Shown piece after piece: positions 27,628 to 40,379 of a stretch of 64,000 bases of DNA. The DNA lies in NCBI RefSeq assembly GCF_001194135.2, contig NC_068998.1, positions 53,604,259 to 53,668,258 of the forward strand, read 5' to 3'. Numbering within the stretch: the stretch's first letter is position 1; each line of letters begins with the position of its first letter. The notes under the pieces were generated by a model. The model was not told the origin of the DNA. It saw only the letters and a list, made by a program, of their open reading frames with translations, and did not search any database. The translations under genes were made by a program, and so were the position numbers. This DNA is from Octopus bimaculoides. Its lineage: Eukaryota.

Positions 27628-28008
27628 NNNNNNNNNNNNNNNNNNNNNNNNNNNNNNNNNNNNNNNNNNNNNNNNNNNNNNNNNNNNNNNNNNNNNNNNN
27701 NNNNNNNNNNNNNNNNNNNNNNNNNNNNNNNNNNNNNNNNNNNNNNNNNNNNNNNNNNNNNNNNNNNNNNNNNNNNNNNNNNNNNNNNNNNNNNNNNATT
27801 TTATATTGACACTGGCCAACTCACACTTCACGCAGGTCAGTCGTCCACAAAGTATATAAAACAAGCAACACACAACAAGGAGAAAGAGACAAAAATAAAA
27901 TAACACGTGTCAAATTTTTTTTTTTTTCTTCCTAAAAACGTTCAATGACGTTAACTGGAGTTTGGGGTTCGAATAGACGTCATTCTATCTTTTGATTTAT
28001 CATTACGT

Positions 28009-28049
<41 letters not shown>

Positions 28050-28199
28050 TAAATATTTTATAAGCTTAAAGCTTATAAACGATAACCGTGCATTGACTAG
28101 GGTAAATAGTCTAATATAATAGTTCGCAGAACGCACCGGACTACCATTACGTTGATGGCTGACACAAGTAAAATAATAAAAGAATATATATATATATTT

Positions 28200-28940
28200 A
28201 TTTATATATGTTAAATTCGTTTATGATAACGTTAAGGATATACAAATAAAGCTGCTATTTCAATATGCCGGTTATCGTTCAGTAATACTCACTAATGAGG
28301 CAGTATTTCGTGGTTACATCATGGTTATACTGATATAATGTACAATAAATATAAACATAACAATAATTAATTTTAGAATGGAATTTATAAATATTTAATG
28401 CATCGCTACGCGCGTTCCCGCAATTCACATAACTTTAGAGTCCGAGACCTTGAGATGCTTACAATATTGTCTATAATATTCGAGGGCATCAGGTTTATGA
28501 TCATCGATCATCATCGTTTATTCATTTCTGCGGAGGGGCACATCAAAACCATCGGTCAGTCGGTGTTTTTTTTTTTTATCATACATGACTTTCATTGAAA
28601 AAAGATTCAATGCAGTTGTGTCAGGCATTACGAATAAAATAACCAGGTGCAACAAAACGCTTCATGTAAGATATAGGATCCCTAATGCCTACTGAAATTG
28701 CGATCTCATTTCATGGACTTTCATTTATTACTAACTGCCAAATTTGTGTTCAAAAAAATTTATTTATTACCTAAGTTGCTTTATAGCATATAATAAACTG
28801 CTAACGAAACTGATAATCGTACACTTTACGTTTATCAACTTGAAAATACTTCTAACTGCGGACTAATTTAAATTAAACCGTTCACAAGTGTGTGGCATTA
28901 TAATAAATTACACCGTCCAAATTACGGGTCCTTTTGCTAG
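28200..28940 (+). mobile_element. Probable non-autonomous Helitron (3' end clear, 5' boundary guessed)
   Basis: CCGT-CCAAATT-ACGG hairpin (28913-28927), 9 nt, CTAG (28937-28940), then T. Confidence 0.55.
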
Positions 28941-29308
28941 TATACACACACACACATATGTCTGTGATTGTGTGAGCGTGTGTCAGTTTTTGTGTCAAAG
29001 CTTCCCCACCCCTATACAACTGGCGTTCGTTTGTGCACGTCCCCGTTGCTAGCACTACACAAAACTGGAAAGAAAGTTAGCTTCAAATAAACAAATAAAT
29101 TAGAACACAGACCAACAACAGAAATCTGGAAAACCGACGAATGTTTTTATCCAATATAAGCCACAAACCAATAAATAAATTATTTTATACTATAATAAAC
29201 AGCATCAGAAACTCTCAGAATAGCCATATCATGTGATAGATTTCCTGAGTAGTTTCATTTGGGTCGGTGTTGCGACTGAACCCTCAGATATTGTAGACCA
29301 CCACTTAC

Positions 29309-29357
29309 CTCGTGGGCCATCAGATTGATTGACATGAAGGATTCGCGAACATTTCCG
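29309..29357 (-). CDS. Candidate 49-nt internal exon of an unidentified gene
   Basis: Acceptor TTTTACTCTGGCAG and consensus donor GAG|GTAAGT. Two open frames: (S)GNVRESFMSINLMAHE or RKCSRILHVNQSDGPR. Confidence 0.3.
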
Positions 29358-31390
29358 CTGCCAGAGTAAAATCACCAATTTAAATGTCTCAAATTTTGTA
29401 ATCAATATATTGAACGTTTTCCCCCCACCGTGCACCACTTTTCTTTTTAAAGCATTTGAAACACTGTCCACTCGACATAATCCCTGAGCATAATATAGAC
29501 ACAGTGTCATGTACAGATGCTATCATTGTTACATTCTCCCACCATTGACCAGTTACGATTCCACACTTCCTCCAGCTCTCCCTCGAAGATCATTCCAATC
29601 GTCTAGATTTAATAGTTGCACTATTGAATCCGGAATTTCCTTTCTTACTGGCATCATCATCATCATCATCATCTTTTAATCGTTTCTGCGACAACTGGCG
29701 TATTAGGTCTGCCTAATCATGATTGTCCTGATGTTAAACATCAAAAATAGCTAGTGTCCAGTTTCTTGTACTTCGTATGTATCAAATTATTCGTTCAAAC
29801 ATCACGGAAATTTAAAAGCTATTTCTCTTGCGGTTCTTGACCAAATATTTCGTTCTACCGTAAACGATGTGATTTTAACTGACCATCAAGAAGAATTGAA
29901 CTTATATACTTCGTTTATGTTACTAATATTCACAGTTGATTGTTTCTAGGAGTTTAAATATATCCACCACAATTCTTTCAAATGACATCAATTCAAGTGA
30001 ATAATCGATAAGAGTGCTAAGTGTCCTTTTAGTGAAACGAAGAGTGAGATTTTAATTTAAATATTGTAGTCACAGTGGAAAAATAAAATTCCGAATTGTC
30101 TGGGATGAGTGAGTCTTTGTAATTGTGAAATTTAGATGACTGTTTAAAGTGAATTAATTGCGGGACATTTCTGAGGAATCTTTGATCATTATTGCATTCA
30201 AAATATGTCATTTATTAAATTTTTAGACTGGAAAAATACCCTTGGGAAATACTAAGAGGAAAACGGCAATTAATGTGTAACTGCACATTTAAGTGCGTTA
30301 AAATGAACAACTAAAATCTAGATCTGTTCGTAGGAATAATAGAAACAAAGTTGTTCAATGTGTCCAGAATTTAAATCTATTCATTTTGTTTTATAATTGA
30401 TTTTGAAAGAAATTAAATTATGTCTTTGTTTACAGAAAATGTCACAAGATCAGATAATTGAAAAATATTATTCTATTATTCCGAAATTAAATACATCACT
30501 TCAGACGGTGCTTTTGACTCTTAATCATTTAGACAAAGAACGTGCAGCTGGCTGAGCCAACAGCAATCCGCATTGAGCATCAGAGAATCAAATGTTCAAA
30601 ATACGTTACCAGTATTACATCGTCTTCATTTTTTCCCCCCTTTCTTTTGGGCTCCGAACACGAAAGAAAAGTGTGCGTTGTAAATCTACATTCAACTCTA
30701 TCGTTTCCACTCTACACTGAACTCAGATAATTAACTGACATAATTGAATGAAGAGAATTACATAACACTAATTAGTAACTAATTAACTCAGCAGGGCAAA
30801 TTTTTCACTATCAATTCAAATGCATTGTGATCGTTACAGCTGAGGATAATTCCGTTGCTGGATTGCTGCATCATCAGTCCTAACATCACCACCATTGCCG
30901 TTGTAGTCGCTGTCGTCGACGTCATCGTCATCACCTTCATCATCATCATTAGCATTTCCATCATCATCATCATCATCATAATTATCATCGTCATTGTCAT
31001 CGACATTGCCGCCGTCGTCATCATCGTCATCATTGATTCCAATGATGCAGAGAAAAAGTTTGTCGGCATTACTGCGCACCTGGTCGTTGCTGAATGGATA
31101 TTTGCTGGAAATTGACTGCTGTTTCTAGGAGAAGCTATAGCAATATATAGACACCCACATTGGTGTCTGCCTTTAAGGTAAGAAAGTGGCACATAGCAAG
31201 ACGCGGTTGTAAGTACAACGTGTCGGAAAGTAGGAGATAAAAGAAGATGGTCACGACTGGAATACATTTTGATGAGATAAGTTTATCAGGTTGAACCTAG
31301 AACAACTCAGCAACAACAACATCTACGACTACTACTATTAATAATAATAATAATAATGAGAAGAAGAAGAAGGTTTACTATAATATTATA

Positions 31391-31500
31391 GTAAACCATC
31401 TGTTGTATATGGACGATCTGAAGCTGTTTGCTAAAAGTAGGGCTGTTAACAATTGTTAAAAAGTACAGCAGTGAGATCAGGATGGAGTCCCACACTCCGA
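31391..31500 (+). mobile_element. R4/Dong-clade LINE reverse transcriptase catalytic-core fragment
   Basis: VNHLLYMDDLKLFAKS, then after a frameshift LLTIVKKYSSEIRME; the YMDD box in R4-type context. Confidence 0.88.
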
Positions 31501-31705
31501 CAGGCGAGATGGAGTCGTAATGGGGGAGCCTGACTCCTTTGTCAGCCATTACAGAAGTGCTCTCGCGTGGCTAAGAGTTGTTTTGACTGTTATTTCTAGC
31601 AATGATGGTGCTCACTAGCATCCTGCGACACTTTAGTGACAACTGTACTTGTTGCGTCGGTTCTAAATTGCGAATAAGATATATGTATTTGTGTGTGTGT
31701 GTGCA

Positions 31706-31750
<45 letters not shown>

Positions 31751-31752
<2 letters not shown>

Positions 31753-31913
31753 GACGGGCTTGTTTCTGTTCCGTCTACCAAATACCACTGACAAGGCTTT
31801 GGTCGGCCCGAGGCTACAGTAGAAATCACTCGCCTACTGTGTCACGCAATGGGACTGAACCCGCAGCCTTGTTATTGGTAAGCAGGCTTCTTACCAATCA
31901 AGCTACACCTGCG
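31751..31913 (-). mobile_element. SINE family B, 5' half
   Basis: ACGACGGGCTT..TTCCGTCTACCAAAT..CAAGGCTTTGGTCGGCCCGAGGCTA..GGGACTGAACC. Confidence 0.85.
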
Positions 31914-32299
31914 ATTACTACAATAAATATAAAATGCATGAACATAGCGCTGAGAGTGGCGGAAGAAAAATGTTAGAGCGTAGTGTAGGATTGAAACTTT
32001 ACAATGTTTACGTGAAATTAAACTCCATAAATAACAAATGTTTAATATCGTAGTCCGATAGCAGTGTGACCAAATATGCATAAATAAACAGTGATTAATG
32101 CAACAATTAAATGTTTTCTTCATTATGAAAATGCCAGTCATGCCTCTATACTGGATATTTATGACAGCTAACTTAATAATTTTCGCTAACAAATCATTTA
32201 GGTGATCTGATTAAAGAATTCCCTAAATAGGAATTTGCGTAATGTCAAACCATCTGGATTGCAAACGTCAGGAGAAACAGAATGTTTAAATCAAAATAA

Positions 32300-32870
32300 T
32301 GTTCATCATCATCATTATCATCACCGTCATCATCATCATCATCATTGTCGTCACCATCTTCGTCTTCATCACCACCAACGTAATCATCATCATCCGTGTC
32401 CTCCTCTTCCTCCTCGTCATCACCATCATCATGATAATCGTCATCATCATCATCGTCCTCTTTATCATCGTCGTCGCCATTGTGATGTTAACGATCGTCG
32501 TCGTAGCTGTAATCGTCGTTATTGTTATCATCGACATCTCATCGTTGATGTTGTCGTTATCACCATCTCCAGTGGCAACCACCGCCATCACAACGACGAC
32601 CGCCACCACCATCGCCACCACCAAAACCGTTACTCCCATCATCATCATCATCTTCATCATCTTCATCATCATGATTTCCACGATCTTCATCATCGTCGTC
32701 GTCGTCGTCGTCTTCGTCATCCTCTTCATAATAATGATCATAATTGTGGTCAACTGCATCACAAACATAATTGGCATCATCATCGTCCTAATCCTCCTGA
32801 TCCCCCTCTCTTCCTCCTCCTGATCCCCCTCTCTTCCTCCTCCTCCTCCTGATAATCATCACCATCATCG
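32300..32870. repeat. ~570-bp degenerate (CAT/CGT/CAC/CTT)n tract
   Basis: Gives His-, Ile- and Met-rich ORFs in three frames; repeat-derived. Confidence 0.85.
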
Positions 32871-34149
32871 TCACAACAGAATACTGACGTTCATATTTTC
32901 TACAATCTCTAACTGCTCAGATACATTTCCAACACACTGTACCACGAATCATTAACAATCATGGAAACATTTGATTCATATTGCTGAGAATTAACCTCCC
33001 TGAGAATTAACTTCCCGTTCCTTTCTCGCTCTTCTTCCAAGTGTAATTATCCACTAACCTCTCAGTGCAATTTTTCATCCTGTAATCATCCCACATTTGA
33101 ATTCTGTTGCAGTCATTTGTCTTGCAAGCCTAATGTCTTTAATGACAAGCAACTTTCCCGCTACAATTATGCTACCGTACCCCTCTATTACAAACTGCCT
33201 CCACAACAGCCATTTACTTACATAATAAATTTGTTCAAACAGTTAGCAGGAACTGTATAATATGTTTGATATATTGATACAATTGTTGTTTAACCCGGGG
33301 TCTGATGTTTCAGGATACAAATGATCAAAGCCACTCAACATTTAGCCAGTTTATTTATTTATTTATATATTTTTGCCTCTTAGAATCTACGTTGTCTAAC
33401 GTATCCTTTTTTTTGGAAACATTAGTCTTGGAAGTCGAATATTTTAGGCTGATATCTCTAGCATCACCACTGACTGCAGAGCCAATGATTCATGCTTTTC
33501 AGAGTTGAACTGATGTGATTTAAGGGAGATTTGGCAGCTATTTCTAACAGATCTAGAGACCACTGGGTGGCCCCATCAGTAGCTCGTAGCTGTGCCAGTA
33601 GAAGCAATAATACGAAAGTGTTGTTCAGTACCTACAGGCAGTGGTTTTAGTAATAATCACTTAGAGTCTATGTTTTCCTATTGAACGGTCAAAAACAGTT
33701 TGTATTAATCAACATCTCGAGATTAAATTTGTTAAAGATCTAATATTCTGTGAGACAAATTATTGATTATTTTCTTTCTATTTTTTTTTTCATTTTGCTT
33801 TGTTATACTATATTCCGGAATATTTACCTGATCAGTTTGTCAGTGTCAGGCTGGCGAATGATCAAAGTCTTCATAAGCTGACGCATATACAGGCTAAATA
33901 ACATCATGGTGATGTTAACATTAGAACAAAAGAACTGCTAACTTCCAGACCGAATACGACAGATACAGACACTTGCAAGCATTTATTACGGTATTTTTGT
34001 TTTTTATTAGCTTTGACTAACATCTTCAACGGAATATTTCGACAACATTGTACTTCAAAGTAAAACAATCAAACCTGTAGCCTGATGAAGATGATGCAAT
34101 TTTATTTTCGCAACGTTAAAAGAAACGCTTCCACCAATTGCCATATGAG

Positions 34150-34435
34150 ACACTAGTGCAAATACTCCATCGTTTACGACAATGAGTAGTTCAGTAGATT
34201 CGATCAACGAACCAGCGTGTTCGTAAAAGTAACGTGCAAGTGACTGGGCACTCGACAAAAACATGTGCCTTTAACATGATTCTTAGAAAGATTCAGTGTG
34301 ACACAGAATGCAACAAGGCTGGCCTTTTGGAATACAGGTACTCCTCATTTTTGCCGGCCGAGTGGACTGGAGTAACTTGAAATAGAGTGCCTTGCTCAAG
34401 GATACAACACACCGCTGATCGTGAGCCGAATACCC
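34150..34435 (-). mobile_element. SINE family C copy
   Basis: Colinear with 46604-47170 (GATCAACG, AACGTGCAAGTG, CAAGGCTGGCC, CCTTGCTCAAGG). Confidence 0.8.
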
Positions 34436-35189
34436 GAAGAAGTAAGCCACACGTTTTCACATAAATAAGTGTTAAGACATTTGTGCCTCATCAAGAAACA
34501 GCTGTCAAGAACGAAGTAGATGAAAGCAGGGATAAACTTTGCCAGAAAATCAACTTTGCATTTCTGTATTCCAGGGTAAAATAAAATGTACCATTCTGGG
34601 TATTAGATGGTGGTACTCTAAGTACATCGGGCCGGATGCCTTGAGGTACACATCTCAGCTATTTGCTTTTTGAGTTCAAATCCCAGTATGGCCTACTTGA
34701 CTGGTAGACTGGTTCCGATTCCTCTGTCAATGCAATCAAATAACGTAAGTATCTCCAGCTGATTCCATACTATTATAAGAATTCTGGCGAAGTTTTGGGC
34801 ATCGCGATACTTTTCTTCCACGCTCCCACAACCACCAGAGGCCTTTTAAATGACCATAGACATTGCTTTCCATTTTGTCACTAAGATAATAAAATTAAAA
34901 TAAGCCAATCCACCGAAAACATCAAAATTATATGTATCGGTAATAATCTAGAAAATTATCGCGTATATAAATACATTAAATAATTTGTCAATTTGTTTTC
35001 GATAATATTTAATTTTGTGCTGAAGTCTAACATTTGTCAAAGCTACCAATCATAATGGTAGAGGAAATTAATTCATTTATCAGTCGTTTATCAGTTGCCA
35101 ATATATTTGAATTAACTCAAATTAGTATGCTACCCCTAAAAAGAGAATGGCTTCGTGCCTATGTAAGGAATCTTTATTATTATAAATGA

Positions 35190-35405
35190 GAAGGCTGCGA
35201 GTTGTCAGAATAGTTGGAGCATCGAAAATGTGATTTCCGATATTCGTCTCGATTCTTTACGTTCGAGTTTCAAATTCCGCCAAGGTCAACTTTACCTTTC
35301 AACATTTCAGTATCGATAAAATAAAGTAATATTCAAGTACGAGGGTTGATGTAATCAACAATCTCTCTCCCATTACAAACTGCAGTCCTCGTGTTAAAAT
35401 TTGAA
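35190..35405 (+). mobile_element. SINE family A, diverged copy
   Basis: GCGAGTTGTCAGAAT..GAGTTTCAAATTCCGCCAAGGTCAACTTT..GGGTTGATGTAATCAAC. Confidence 0.75.
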
Positions 35406-36759
35406 GCAAATATGTATTTTTTTTAAATATAAGAGACGTAAGGATGGTGAATAAACAGAACAGTTAAAATGTCGATAACAATGACTAACGTTGCCTTACA
35501 GTGATTCTTACTACCGTCCCGCTTTTATCCATCCTGGAAATATAAAAGAGAATTTCTTCCTGTCGTCTCTACAGGATCGATAGAATAGAGTACCAGTCAA
35601 GAAGTTAATGATATCGTCTGATAACCAACCCTTAATATTTATAATCTTCAGCCTAAATGTAATGCAAAATACTCCCTTTCTCATGGTGGCCCATTGGCAG
35701 CAGCTATAGATCGTCAGACAAAATGTTTCGCACTATCTAGTTCTGGCCGTTGCTGTTGTGCGTTCGAATCCATCCGAGTTCGAGTTCGATGGATTAAATA
35801 CTAGTGAAATATTTAGATCAGTTTAATTGATACTTTCCATCAATCCGCCCCACATTTCTGGTTTTCTCTCAGTGCAAAGAAACGTAATTTTGTGTGTGTG
35901 TGTGTGGGATTCACTTCTGCAGTTCTTCAATTCTCATGTTTCGTTTTATATAGGCCGAGCTTAGATAGCAATATGTGACACCGAGCAAACATAGAGGAGG
36001 GTGATGACAAAAGGATTTAAACACTGTCAAGAGTCGGATCTTTCGTACATTCGTCGGGCCACTGGGATTGAATTTGAGACCAACATGATCGCAAAGAGAA
36101 CTTCTAAACCATACAACCATACAGGCGCCTGTACACTTAATTAACAACTAAGTACATATTGAAATCCTTTCCTAACATAGAAATCGGATTGCAAACGCCT
36201 TTGGCTGGCTAAAAATATAAGGACGAAACTACTTTCCTGTTGCCATTTCCTTTTCAATTGAAATCCAGCAAATTAACAAATTGCTTTTAGCAGCTTCAGA
36301 ACATATTTTCTCGGCAACATTGTTATAGTTATATGGATTTTAATAAATAAATTTAATTATAGAGTAAGGACAATTTTGAATCGTCAATTTTCTTTAAGCA
36401 GCCATTATTTCTTTGCATTCAAGAAAGCAGTGAAAACCATTGAAAATTTTCTGAAGCTTTTTTGGAACATTTCCTTACATGGTATACAAAGGACTTTTAT
36501 TTTTCACTTCTATTTCTTTTTCAATAATCTAACTACCAAATATGTCTTTCTAAATATACGGAAAAAAAATTATAATTTCATAGATATTTAACAATATGGT
36601 TTCGTGTCTAACGAACTCAGTTTGAAAGCAGGTATTTCCGATTTCAGTTCCATTCCGCGGAATCTAGTGTCTTCCACTATATTTCTGGGCCAGACAATGG
36701 CTCATGAGTGAATCTGGTTGACAGAAACTGTGTGGAACTGCGTTATAGATACATATATT

Positions 36760-36810
<51 letters not shown>

Positions 36811-38407
36811 GTGACTATGTATCTTATCTATTTATCTATCTTTTCATACCTATATTCATCTATTTATCTGTGTGTGTGTGTGTGTGCGTGTGCCCAGGCG
36901 CGCGTCTTTCTCTTTCAGTTTAAACCTGACATTTGCTTGCCAAATGGTGTTGGTTTTTTTTTTCTCCGCTCCGTGTGCGGCACAATATATCGATAACAAC
37001 CCTGCCTGGACTTGTACCTAGGTGGGGAACCTTCCAAGTGCAGTCTCATAGCCCTTCATGACCGAAGAGCGGTCTTTACTGTGGTCGACCGCGTAAAGGC
37101 TTCCTTAATTTGTGCTTTGCATCGTTGCATTTTTTTCATTACACCCCATGTCATACTTAGTTGAGCGAATCTATGATCAAATGCATTTAACCCTGGTTAT
37201 TTTGTCTTTTATATACCTTCTGTATCATCCAATGCATTTATTACGTTGCTTACACTCAATAGGTTACGATTTGAGGGAATTTAGTTACATTTCTAGCATG
37301 CCCTGTGGTTTTAGAGAAGTTCCTTTGCAGATTTGTGCATTTCGATGTTAAATAATCTGGTGTATCTGATGAAAAGTTTATCTCTAGGTTTCTCTCAGCT
37401 CAAAAGTAGATAACCATTTGTTATGTTTAATAGCACAATCGCTGACGGTGAGCTTCAGGACATTTTTATAAAGCTTATATTTAACATGGTGTGAATGCGA
37501 AATTGCTATACACAATATTATTTGAAATCAACATGGTATTCGTAAATGCAGTTTTACTCAATAATGCTGACATTTTGTTTTTCTTGTTCCGATAAAGTAT
37601 TCAATTACCTACACCCACACAATGTGTTCAGGTTTGCATGACCCGCAATGGATTGTTCCGTTTCATAACTATATTATCAGAATTTCTTTCTTATCACAGC
37701 ATCACCTGCAAAATTCCACACTCGTTCAACGCATTTAGCGTTGCCCAGATACAAAATAGCAAAATAACTTACGTAAGAATAACGATTTTATGCATTTATC
37801 GATATATTTATTTTATCTGTTTTTATATTTCCTATTTTACATCAATTTCACCATACTAGCTTCGAAAGGATAAATAATGTTTGCATTTATCGGAGCAATT
37901 ATTTTGATTGCTGGAAAAAAAAAAGCCCAGAAACTGCTACAAGTGCAGATGCTATTTGTTGATACCGGGATTCGATAGTTACTCTCCCTATTATGGTATC
38001 AAGTCAGAATGTAAAGGAACAAGAATACTAGGAGCCCTTTAGCCTTTGCATTATCGCATCTCTTGCAAGACAAAGCAAATTATTTAATTCCACGATGAAC
38101 AAGATAATAATAACAACAATAATAATGATAATCAGAATAATAATGATGATGATGACAATTACAATGATGATGGTGATGGTGGGAGGTGGGGTGATGATGA
38201 TAACGATGATGACGAGGAAGAGGATGCGGAGGACGACGATCAGGATGATGAAGATGACAATTGCCCTGATCCAATACCGAGCAGTGGTTCTTATTGGCTT
38301 CTGTTCTTGGCTGTTTGGAAGTGCTAACACGTGTATGCTTTGTCTTTCGTTTAAAGATCGGCCGCAACAGATGTTCTGCGCGATACTGCATATTTGCTTG
38401 TCAGTTA

Positions 38408-38625
38408 CTTGACCTTAACCGGTTGAGCATGTCCCTCGGTGGTTGCATCTCTGATCACGAGCAGGAATAGAGGGGGAGCATCGTAGCCATGTGTTGAGGG
38501 ATTTGTGGGAGTTTGAATGGTTCACTCCTTGGAATATGATTGTTTCGTCCATCATTCTTAAACAATCCTTATTCAAGGACATTTTCAGTGGGATGGGCTG
38601 CTCGACCTGAACTAAATTCAGTATT
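38408..38625 (+). mobile_element. Interspersed repeat family F, 5' part
   Basis: GGAGCATCGTAGCCATGTGTTGAG..CCTTATTCAAGGAC..GCTCGACCTGAA matches the reverse complement of 15130-15305. Confidence 0.8.
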
Positions 38626-38887
38626 TGAAAGTCCTTACTTCAAATGTCGCCGAGGTCAACTTTGTCTTCCATCGTTTTGGATGACATAAGAAAGATCCAA
38701 GCAGTGGGATCGATGTAAATGACTAGCCTTCTCGCTTACATTTCAGGTCTTGTACCTACATTCGAAAGGATCATTACCACAATCATTATCATCATCATCA
38801 TCATCATCATTATTATTATTATTTAGGTGGTGAACTGGAAGAATCGTCAGCACGCTGGACGAAATGTTTAGCGATATTATTATCACC

Positions 38888-39024
38888 ATTGCCTTTGCAC
38901 AGCTTCTAACGCTGGAGATGTGCTACGGTGTCAGTTGTTCCCTACCAGTGAACTAAGGTAACACCTCCTATTTTTCGAGCACCTTCCGGAGTATTCAGGC
39001 GGTTCCAAGCAGTGCTCTTTTCTG
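38888..39024 (-). mobile_element. R4/Dong-clade LINE extreme 3' end (ORF C-terminus plus 3' UTR)
   Basis: Minus strand reads QKRALLGTA*ILRKVLE (R4-type QKxALLGTAxILRxVL terminus), a short UTR and an AAT-type tail. The 5' truncation abuts (AAT)n. Confidence 0.82.
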
Positions 39025-39680
39025 CTATTATTATTATTATTGTTGTTGTTGTTGTTATTATAGGTTAAGAGAAGCCAAGAGAGATGAATGGTAGGTAGTA
39101 TTCATCATTAACATTCTGTGTGTAACACATTTTAGTTTCCTTAAATATTTATCAATGACATTCAGAAGATTATTTCAAATAAATTTGGCCTTCTTCCGAT
39201 CTTTGAAACTGAAGTTATGCCTTTCGAAATCTAATCAATATTCATACTAGTTATATTTTAATTACAAGTTTTACTGCTCTGCTAACACTGTAGTATCAGC
39301 AAGATAACTGCGTGCCGAAGTATCGGGTAAAGTTCATTGTAACTTGTATTAATCAAATCAGTAATGGAGCAGGCGAACTGGAAGCTATCCAATTCTTGGA
39401 AGTGATTCGCGAGACTGACACATCACGACAAGGAATGGAGTTTAGCTGTGTTTTCTTGACGCTTTAGAACCACTCAATCAATCAATAGAAATATTTTCGC
39501 AATCCCATGTTAAATATAATATTTAACATTCAATGATTCAATAACAATGTCTAGACATATTTTGTGCATATATATATATATATATATGTATANNNNNNNN
39601 NNNNNNNNNNNNNNNNNNNNNNNNNNNNNNNNNNNNNNNNNNNNNNNNNNNNNNNNNNNNNNNNNNNNNNNNNNNNNNNN

Positions 39681-39723
<43 letters not shown>

Positions 39724-40379
39724 GAAATGCTATATCAATCGGAACATCTAATTACTCGGTTATTTCCTACGTGAATTACTTCACATATGCACTGTTAAAA
39801 TCATTCAAGCTTTACTGAGTAAGAGTCTATCATAATCACGTGAAAAATATATTCTGTAGCACTGCCTCCTCAAGACTTTATCTTGCAGATTTTGAGAATA
39901 TATATTAAATCACTTGTAAATTTTGTAAGAAAATACTTAGTAACTTTAGAACATTTTTAAAAATATATTTTTACTTATTAAGATAAATTCGGTGTCTCTA
40001 TATTATTGTGACAAATAAAAATGTCACAGAAAGTAAATATTTGCATCACAATAGCAGTGTAGTAGAAGCGAATTAACATAATTAATTCTACCCTTCTTCA
40101 ACATTATCAGTTCCATTTTTATGTACCAATATAAAACACTATGATTCCTAACCATGAAGACACTGCCGATATCTGTTATCATATTTCTACCCGTCTTTGA
40201 TTTTTTTTTTTTTTTTTTATATTCTATGGGCGGAAGCATGTTGTCAAAGAATTTGCTCATTGTTTTTGAAATCCTAGATAATGGTATCCGTGAAAATTAT
40301 TCAACTGTAAGGTTCTCCCAAAATATATTTTGGTGAGCACTTACGGCAATAGAAGAGAAGTGTATGGTGTTAGGTGTAT

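Noticed and set aside
33829-33895. Minus-strand candidate exon (TTATTTAG...CAG|GTAAAT; LYMRQLMKTLIIRQPDTDKLI)
   Set aside because: Plausible splice sites but no recognisable protein, and such sites are frequent in AT-rich DNA.
34075-34125. CTGATGA-A...TC-GCAACGTT hammerhead-like string
   Set aside because: GAAA is mutated, stem II is poor and there is no stem I; it could be a very old copy but is not supportable.
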